DNA from: the human T2T-CHM13v2.0 reference genome, Homo sapiens
DNA: 64,000 nucleotides
Assembly (NCBI RefSeq): GCF_009914755.1
Contig: NC_060926.1
Strand: one strand, 5' to 3'
Part shown: positions 61,111 to 64,000 of the stretch, one piece after another
Numbering within the stretch: the stretch's first letter is position 1
How the letters are laid out: every line of letters begins with the position of its first letter
Position numbers and translations under genes: made by a program
Notes under the pieces: model-generated
Database searches by the model: none
Seen by the model: the letters and a program-made list of their open reading frames with translations, nothing else
What the model was told of the DNA's origin: nothing

Positions 61111-61899
61111 CTAAAGGGAAAAAAAAACCAAATACAGATGAGAAGCAACCAAATGGCCCAAAAAGACAGCATGAAATTACATGTCTTCTCCCAATGTTAC
61201 AACTTTGCATGCACTACTTCTCTTGCCTAGACTGTTTTCCAGTTATTTTGTTCCTCATCTAACTAACCTCTATTCTTCAAGACTAGTTGGAGAGTAATCT
61301 CCTGTATAAATGCTTATAGTAGAATTAATAACATTAATTAGTTCATATGTCCCTTTAGATAATAAATGCTTCACTCAAAGTTCTCGGAAAATACAATCTC
61401 CCTAAATGAACAAGTCTTCTGTAAGAAGGAACTTCCAATATAGGTAATAATCTACCTGGAAAAACTTTCTCCTCTACTTTTCTATGCCTTTTATGTGCAA
61501 ATAATACATAAAGAGATGTTACAAGATTAAGTCAGTTCATATAGATGAGACCACAAAGTGCTCACTAAAGACAATAAATTAATTGCCCAAAAAGTGTTAT
61601 ACCCAATGTCTAATCACTGCACTCATTCATACACATCTGGGTATACTTTCAAATTCTCACCATAAAATCAATTAATGTAGTAAGCCCTAAATAATTCTCC
61701 TTTGCATACCAACTTAATACAGATACTTTAAAAATAAGTCTTCAGTACCAGGCACTTAAGTTTACATCTTCCTTGGTATCTCAGTATAGATGACAGGAAA
61801 ACACTTTTTTTTACTGTGCTGTATTAGTGTCCTACATGGTGGCTAGTTATTCTTAGAAATCCACTATTTATAAGGCTCAGGAGAAACAAAAGTAATAAT

Positions 61900-63470
<1,571 letters not shown>

Positions 63471-63731
63471 ATTTTAACGTAATTTATAGGTGATTACTTA
63501 GGAACTGTTAAAGACAATTTTTTTGCTTTACCTCTAGTTCCCACATAGTTGACTAAACCTTCCCCCATTTTTATACAAATAATAAAATGAGTGTGTCCCA
63601 CAAATTAAATTCATAATATGAAATTTAGAATATGATTTTATTCACTCAACAACTATATGTATGGCTACGATGTGCCAGTCACTGTTCTAAGTTCTAAGGA
63701 TAAGGCAGTTAGCAAGTTAAAAGTTCATGCT

Positions 63732-64000
63732 GACTGGGCAGGGTGGCTCATGCCTGTAATATCAGCACTTTGGGAGACCGAAGCGGGAGAAACGATTGAA
63801 CCTAGGAGTTCAAGACCAGCCTGAGCCAAGAGAGAGCGGTCCCGTCACTATCCAAAAACAAACAAACAAACAAACAAACAAACAGGCCAGGCAGGCATGG
63901 TGGCACATGCCTTGTGGTCCCAGCTACTCAGGAGACTGAAGTGGGAGAATCACTTGAGCCCAGGAGGTTCAGGTTGCAGTGAGCCATGATCACATCACTG
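63732..64000 (+). mobile_element. AluJ with a (CAAA)n linker, running off the window
   Basis: Left arm, (CAAA)n at ~63855-63883, then right arm to the window edge. Confidence 0.85.

Overview
Primate (human-like) genomic DNA, recognisable as the 3' end of the SP3 locus (human 2q31.1). On the minus strand, 48.7-64 kb holds the last three coding exons of transcription factor Sp3 (IKEE SUMO motif, buttonhead box, three C2H2 fingers, stop at 52276-52278) and a long AT-rich 3' UTR with tandem poly(A) signals and miRNA seed sites. Bases 1-48.7 kb are downstream intergenic DNA: a full-length RPL5 processed pseudogene (minus, ~13.9-14.9 kb), about 20 Alus, L1/L2/MIR relics, MER5/MER1 DNA transposons, ERV1/ERVL/MaLR LTRs and one two-LTR THE1 element. 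Nearly all other ORF-track entries are repeat-derived or chance ORFs. I cannot support a wholly new biological system here. The best leads are: a phase-symmetric 390-nt SP3 exon pair flanked by inverted Alus whose back-splice would give a stop-free circular ORF; a weak donor with an immediate in-frame stop that could give a two-finger Sp3; a ~270-bp dispersed duplication hidden in L2 sequence; discordant THE1 LTRs; and a duplication-built GATA motif cluster. Repeat subfamily calls and boundaries are by eye and approximate.
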